A stretch of DNA of 64,000 bases from a virus (Duplodnaviria > Caudoviricetes): positions 193,735-257,734 of IMG/VR virus record IMGVR_UViG_3300035499_000517. One strand, given 5' to 3'. Both the position numbers and the translations under genes were made by a program. A model generated the notes under the pieces. The model had not been told where the DNA came from, did no database searches, and saw only the letters and a list, made by a program, of their open reading frames with translations. Below are positions 59,176 to 64,000 of the stretch, in pieces. Numbering within the stretch: the first letter of the stretch is position 1; the number at the start of each line of letters is the position of its first letter.

Positions 59176-61554
59176 GTGAGATCCTTGGCGAAGAAACCAG
59201 ATAAGAAAGAATCCGCTTATAGTAAATTGCGGAAAACGTTTAGTTCTTCGATGGATGGAGTTAGTTCTTTACTTGATGACTTATCACTTTCCTTATATGG
59301 AACAGTGACACAGGACGACTCCGATAAATTAAATGATCGATTTAATGAAATCATGAGCTCCGAGATCGATTCCATTACAGGAAATGGAGTAAATGATTAT
59401 TCGACCTTTTTAGGACAAGTATATTCAAATGACAAAGATTCTGCTTCGATCATGCGAGAACTCAATGCAAAAATGGATCTTGATACCGCTGGAAATGGAT
59501 TAAATCCAGCGCAGTTTATCAACGAGCAGTATCGAAACCGCATGATTCAGCAGGCAGATGCTTATAATATATCAAATCAGCTGATTGAGCTTCAGGAAGC
59601 AAAATCAGTCATGCGCGATGCAATTATCTCAACTGATGTAAATACCGGAAGAATTAACCGTGTGATTACATTTGAACAGTCAACAGTAAATGATCCAAGC
59701 GATAGCTACTTGCCGATTATTGAAAAAATGGAGAAGAAATTCAATCTTCATGCAAGAATTAAAAGTATCGTAGATCATTGCTTAGGTTATGGTGAATATT
59801 ATGTATATCACATTCCATACCATGAGTTATTTGAGAATTTTGCAAGAAAATACAGAAAGACAAATAAAGGTGGAAGAAACTTCTTTGAGTCAGCGGTTGA
59901 TAGTACCGTTGAAAAAGTAGAGATCTTTGGTCTTTATGACAGATCTTCAAAAGAAGATAAAGCATTCTTTGAATCTGTAGAGGGGGAGATCGGTAGTGTT
60001 ATTGGGATGGATCGTGGGAATAAAGATTATGGAAAGATTGATGATGATGTAAAATCACTTCTTGGAACAGACCGAATCACAATTTCTACATCACCAATTC
60101 CGATTCCAATCTTGGAAGAAAGCATGGAATCCTTATCTGCTTTTGCTGATGAATACATCACAGAAGATGGAGATCATTTCATGGAAGATGGAGCATCAAA
60201 GTCTTCCAAGAAAGAAGGAAAGAAGCTTCAGACAACAGAAGATGCTTATCTTAGAAAATACGGAAATGAGATGTATGATAACGATGGTGTCTATGGAGCT
60301 TCGAATCCGAATAACGGTGAGAAATTTGCAGACTTAAAAGACTGCTATGTAAAAGAAGTTCCACCAACACAGATGATACCGGTAGAAATTATGGGAAATA
60401 CCCTCTTCTATTTGTATGTACAAGCAGAAGATGCAGTCCCGCTTAATACTATTCTCTCTTATCAGAGTGCTTTTAAGCAGAAAGATCCATCCAATAAAGT
60501 GGATGCTCTGGTAGAAGATATTGCAACAAGAATTGTAGGAAAATTCGATCAGAAATTTGTTGCAAAGAATGATAAGTTTAGAAAGCTTATCGTTGCAGCA
60601 CTCAACTACTATGAGTTAGGAAATACAAGGATTCATTTCCAGGTAGTTCCAAAAGAGTATGTAACAGAGTTTAAGATCAATAAAGATGAGAACGATCATG
60701 GACATTCCATGCTTGAGAACTCATTATTCTATGCAAAGTTATATCTTATGCTGTTACTCTTTAAGATTGTAACGATTATCACAAAGTCAAATGATCAGGA
60801 GATCAACTATCTAAGAACTTCAGGTATTGACAAGAATGTGTATAATAAAGCACAACAGATTGCAAGACAGAAACAGGCAAGACGAATTACTGTAAATGAC
60901 ATGTTCTCATATACAGGCGTGTTAAATAAGATTGGTGCAGGTTCGTCCATTTATATGCCACTTGGTAAAAATGGCGACAGGCCAATCGAAACCGAAATTT
61001 TGCAAGGACAATCTGTTGAAATGAATAACGACTTGATGGAGACTTTGAGGAATAATTATATTCTCTCGACAGGTGTTCCGTCGGCAATTATGAATTACTT
61101 AAATGAAGCAGATTTTGCAAAGTCAATTGAGACGGCAAATACAAAGATGCATGGAAGGACGATCAATTATCAGTTGGATTTTAATGATCCAATCACAGAG
61201 ATGTATCAGAAGCTGCTCAGATATACAACATCCATGCCAGAAGAAATCATTGCGTCAGTTCGTGTGAAATTCCCAGAGCCAAAGGGAACAAGCAACCTGA
61301 CAAGACAGGATGCAATCAACAATTACCAGACCTTACAGGAGTTCCTTGTAAAGGTTTACTTTGGTGATTCACCTGATGATGACGCCCATGTAAAGCAGTT
61401 CATTAGTGAAATTGCAAGAATGCACTTGCCAATGATTAACTTCGAGGCAATTGATGAAATTTATACGAATACAAAGATACCTGCAACAGAGAAGGCACTG
61501 AATAGTGACGATGAATTGGACGATGTAGACAATCCAAACGCAGCATATCAATAA
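59176..61554 (+). CDS. portal protein (jumbo-phage type)
   Basis: LGYGEYY, RPIETEILQGQ...ILSTGVPS matches T4 gp20-type portal pattern. Confidence 0.65.
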   Translation: MRSLAKKPDKKESAYSKLRKTFSSSMDGVSSLLDDLSLSLYGTVTQDDSDKLNDRFNEIMSSEIDSITGNGVNDYSTFLGQVYSNDKDSASIMRELNAKMDLDTAGNGLNPAQFINEQYRNRMIQQADAYNISNQLIELQEAKSVMRDAIISTDVNTGRINRVITFEQSTVNDPSDSYLPIIEKMEKKFNLHARIKSIVDHCLGYGEYYVYHIPYHELFENFARKYRKTNKGGRNFFESAVDSTVEKVEIFGLYDRSSKEDKAFFESVEGEIGSVIGMDRGNKDYGKIDDDVKSLLGTDRITISTSPIPIPILEESMESLSAFADEYITEDGDHFMEDGASKSSKKEGKKLQTTEDAYLRKYGNEMYDNDGVYGASNPNNGEKFADLKDCYVKEVPPTQMIPVEIMGNTLFYLYVQAEDAVPLNTILSYQSAFKQKDPSNKVDALVEDIATRIVGKFDQKFVAKNDKFRKLIVAALNYYELGNTRIHFQVVPKEYVTEFKINKDENDHGHSMLENSLFYAKLYLMLLLFKIVTIITKSNDQEINYLRTSGIDKNVYNKAQQIARQKQARRITVNDMFSYTGVLNKIGAGSSIYMPLGKNGDRPIETEILQGQSVEMNNDLMETLRNNYILSTGVPSAIMNYLNEADFAKSIETANTKMHGRTINYQLDFNDPITEMYQKLLRYTTSMPEEIIASVRVKFPEPKGTSNLTRQDAINNYQTLQEFLVKVYFGDSPDDDAHVKQFISEIARMHLPMINFEAIDEIYTNTKIPATEKALNSDDELDDVDNPNAAYQ

Positions 61555-61561
61555 AGAATAG

Positions 61562-61605
61562 AAAAAAGAAAACCTATCAAATGCGATGGGTTTTCTTTTT
61601 TTTTT
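61562..61605 (+). terminator. intrinsic terminator
   Basis: AAGAAAACCTATC/GATGGGTTTTCTT stem plus T run. Confidence 0.75.
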
Positions 61606-61938
61606 ACCCATTTTTCGATAATAAACTTTCTATGACCCAGAGAAAGGTCAAGATGTAGTTTTTCTCATATCTTTTCTTCTTAAACGACTCCAAGTTTCAT
61701 TTTTAATCATAAACGTTTTTTTTTAATAAATATAAAACCAAAGGTGGTGATGGACTTCATCAATTATATGAATAGATGAGAATAATCTTAGCTTCAAGGA
61801 TTGACCGGAAATCTCATCGTATACTTCGTGACAAATACCATTGTTTTTATGAAAAACATTCCTTATCATTTGTAGGACGAATCTATGTGACATCTTGAAA
61901 GGATTGGATTCTAATAGAGAGGAAGGTGAAAGAAAAGA

Positions 61939-64000
61939 ATGGGATTTGAAGAATTAAAATTCTTAAATACTGACTTTCAGGGTGACCCTGTGAACTGTAT
62001 TGTTTACATCAACAGCATTGAGTCGGCCGGAAAGAAATCTTATGTCTTGGATGAACGTAACCAGAATTTATGGAGGGAGTTGATCTCCAATTCGGTTGCG
62101 GTATTTAAGGTCTTTTCCATTCATAAGATCATTTATGACAGATTAACAAGCGCAGATGTTGATTATATGATCAAACATAACTCACGCTTGGGTACCGCTT
62201 TAAACAACTATTATGGTTCTGAGATTGTTAAAGCTGGAAACATTGACAAAGTCCTTAGTACGATTACACAGGACAAGTTAAATTCATTAGAACCAAAGTT
62301 CCGTGAAGGAATTATCAGATACTTCAGTGGAAAGTTATCTGTGGAGGGAGCTCCTGCTTGGTTGGCAGAACTTTATGATCAGCCAGAGTTAGCATCGTAT
62401 GATACTGTTGAAACGATGTGTGGTACTCAGGATGCTCTTGATATTATATACAAAAATAAAGCATTAATGGACGCTCTCGCTGTCTATGGTGATTTCTTAA
62501 AGCCAGTTGCAGCAAGCGCTGACTTAATGGCAGATCTCGTAAAAGATGATCCGGAAAGAGCAAAGACTTTGGATGAAATCGAAAAGTCCGATGCGTGGAT
62601 GCATACAATTCTCGAAGACAATGTCGGTTTGGGCAAATTTATTGCTCATAAGTCTGGATTTGCTCTTACTATTTATTCGAACTTTGATGATATGGTAAAT
62701 ACAACAAGTGTTATGAATACGCTTGTAGCCAATGCTGGTGTACTTGCTTATGTTCAAAGATCAGATCTTGGTACTGCTAAGACATTAAAGTGGCGCGTAA
62801 AGCGTGATGGAAGAACCGTAAATTCCATGGATGATGTCTTTAGTGATACCGAACTTGTTACAACGATTGCAGACAGCAATGGAACTTCAACTGATGCAAT
62901 GGCAATCTTAGTTGAGTCTGCGCCCGGTATGCAGGTTCTTATTGCAAATGATGAGATTGCAGAAGTTGCACTTGGTACACTTTCTGCAGCAAATAACGGA
63001 ACTGCTCATGCATTAGTAACAACGGATGCAGGTGTTGCCCGTTTCGATGATACGGAAAATTATCCGGATCTTTATACACAGATCTTTGATTCTGCTGACC
63101 GGATGGAATACTTAATGAATAACGAAGAGACTGCAACTGCAATCTTTAAAGTTCCAAAATTCGTTAAATATATTGGTGAAAGTGAAGTTGCAATGACAGC
63201 ACTTCTTGCTTCTCCACTGGCAATTCGTTGTCTTGATGATGTAGACGAAGGAAAGAAACTTCTTCTTGATTGTGATTTAGCAGCTGAGAAACTCGTATCA
63301 AACAAGTATACTTTTAACTATATCACAGGTCGTCCACGTTGGGCCCATTACGTTGCTTATTCTTATCCAATGATGAGCAATATCGTAACAGATTATACAA
63401 AGATCAGCCCGATTCTTGAAGATGAAGGATGGTTAAGCGTTATGAAAGATTCATGGTTAGCATTAGACTCAATCATGAATAACGCTGCTTCTATCAGGGC
63501 ATTCAAGGATGTCATTGATGATAATAATTCATTCGTTGACATGTTTATTGAATCAGATACGTTAACGAAATATCTGACTAATATGACATCGATCTTTGGT
63601 TCCGATACAATCGTAAGTGAAATGAGTAACGATAATACCTTGTTAAAAGTTGTTACAAATAGCACCTCTGCGATGAGTTCGATTATGGATAGCGCTGTTG
63701 GTATGGTATCAGTAAGCGATTCTGTTTCGGCAATGCACGCAATTGCAAATTCTAAAATCTTAGTAAGATCACTGATTGCAAGTGAAACTGCATTTATGAG
63801 TGTTATTTACTCAGAAACCGCGATGAAAGAAATTGCTGCCAGTGAAATTGCAATGGAGCTTATCGCAGCGAACGGAACTAGAATGGTAAATGTTGCAGCT
63901 TCCAGCGTGGCTGTTAACGCCGTGATTGCTTCTAAGGATGTCGCATTGGCTACTTGCGTGGCATCTTCTACCGCAATGACAGCATTGGCAGCTTCCAGCG
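61939..64000 (+). CDS. large repeat protein (10-aa AMxxIAxSxx repeats), 3'-truncated; putative tail/virion protein
   Basis: Not in ORF track (runs off end); starts MGFEELKFLNTDF, ends ...AMKEIAASEI AMELIAANGT...AMTALAASS. Confidence 0.75.
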   Translation, partial: MGFEELKFLNTDFQGDPVNCIVYINSIESAGKKSYVLDERNQNLWRELISNSVAVFKVFSIHKIIYDRLTSADVDYMIKHNSRLGTALNNYYGSEIVKAGNIDKVLSTITQDKLNSLEPKFREGIIRYFSGKLSVEGAPAWLAELYDQPELASYDTVETMCGTQDALDIIYKNKALMDALAVYGDFLKPVAASADLMADLVKDDPERAKTLDEIEKSDAWMHTILEDNVGLGKFIAHKSGFALTIYSNFDDMVNTTSVMNTLVANAGVLAYVQRSDLGTAKTLKWRVKRDGRTVNSMDDVFSDTELVTTIADSNGTSTDAMAILVESAPGMQVLIANDEIAEVALGTLSAANNGTAHALVTTDAGVARFDDTENYPDLYTQIFDSADRMEYLMNNEETATAIFKVPKFVKYIGESEVAMTALLASPLAIRCLDDVDEGKKLLLDCDLAAEKLVSNKYTFNYITGRPRWAHYVAYSYPMMSNIVTDYTKISPILEDEGWLSVMKDSWLALDSIMNNAASIRAFKDVIDDNNSFVDMFIESDTLTKYLTNMTSIFGSDTIVSEMSNDNTLLKVVTNSTSAMSSIMDSAVGMVSVSDSVSAMHAIANSKILVRSLIASETAFMSVIYSETAMKEIAASEIAMELIAANGTRMVNVAASSVAVNAVIASKDVALATCVASSTAMTALAASS

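Noticed and set aside
61610-61938. Intergenic region with tiny ORFs (MDFINYMNR; a ~40-aa ORF)
   Set aside because: No convincing structure or coding signal beyond a weak RBS
1-64000. Stop-codon recoding
   Set aside because: Long genes are intact in the standard code, and TAA, TAG and TGA all end genes followed by RBSs or terminators
1-64000. tRNA, rRNA, CRISPR arrays, IS elements
   Set aside because: None recognised by eye in the short intergenic spaces

Overview
AT-rich, gene-dense 64-kb segment of a jumbo myophage genome of the phiKZ/AR9(PBS1)-like type, most likely infecting a Firmicute (strong AAAGGAGG-type RBSs). It uses the standard genetic code. Recognisable genes: FtsZ/PhuZ-family tubulin, type IIA topoisomerase subunits (gyrB, gyrA), a split multisubunit RNA polymerase beta-prime C-terminal subunit, terminase large subunit, DnaB-type helicase, portal, baseplate/tail proteins, a protein-kinase-like protein, a minimal PolB-like palm protein, a BCS1-like AAA ATPase, a formate/nitrite channel and a C39-like peptidase. 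Five closely related group I introns interrupt gyrB (2), terL (2) and dnaB (1). I placed their splice sites by hand from P1 pairing (plus P10 in three) and restoration of catalytic motifs. Three carry HNH homing endonucleases, and all five share an identical 38-nt block in a P5abc-like domain. One terL intron is atypical (C-G 5' splice pair, no P9). Two phage promoter classes recur: an early-type (AATCAACTT-N10-)TATATAT(C/T)ATCT and a late-type NAC(A)-N6-T(A/G). One late-type promoter points into a hairpin-rich ~260-nt non-coding region, a candidate ncRNA. All protein calls are from motif recognition by eye; no database searches were run.
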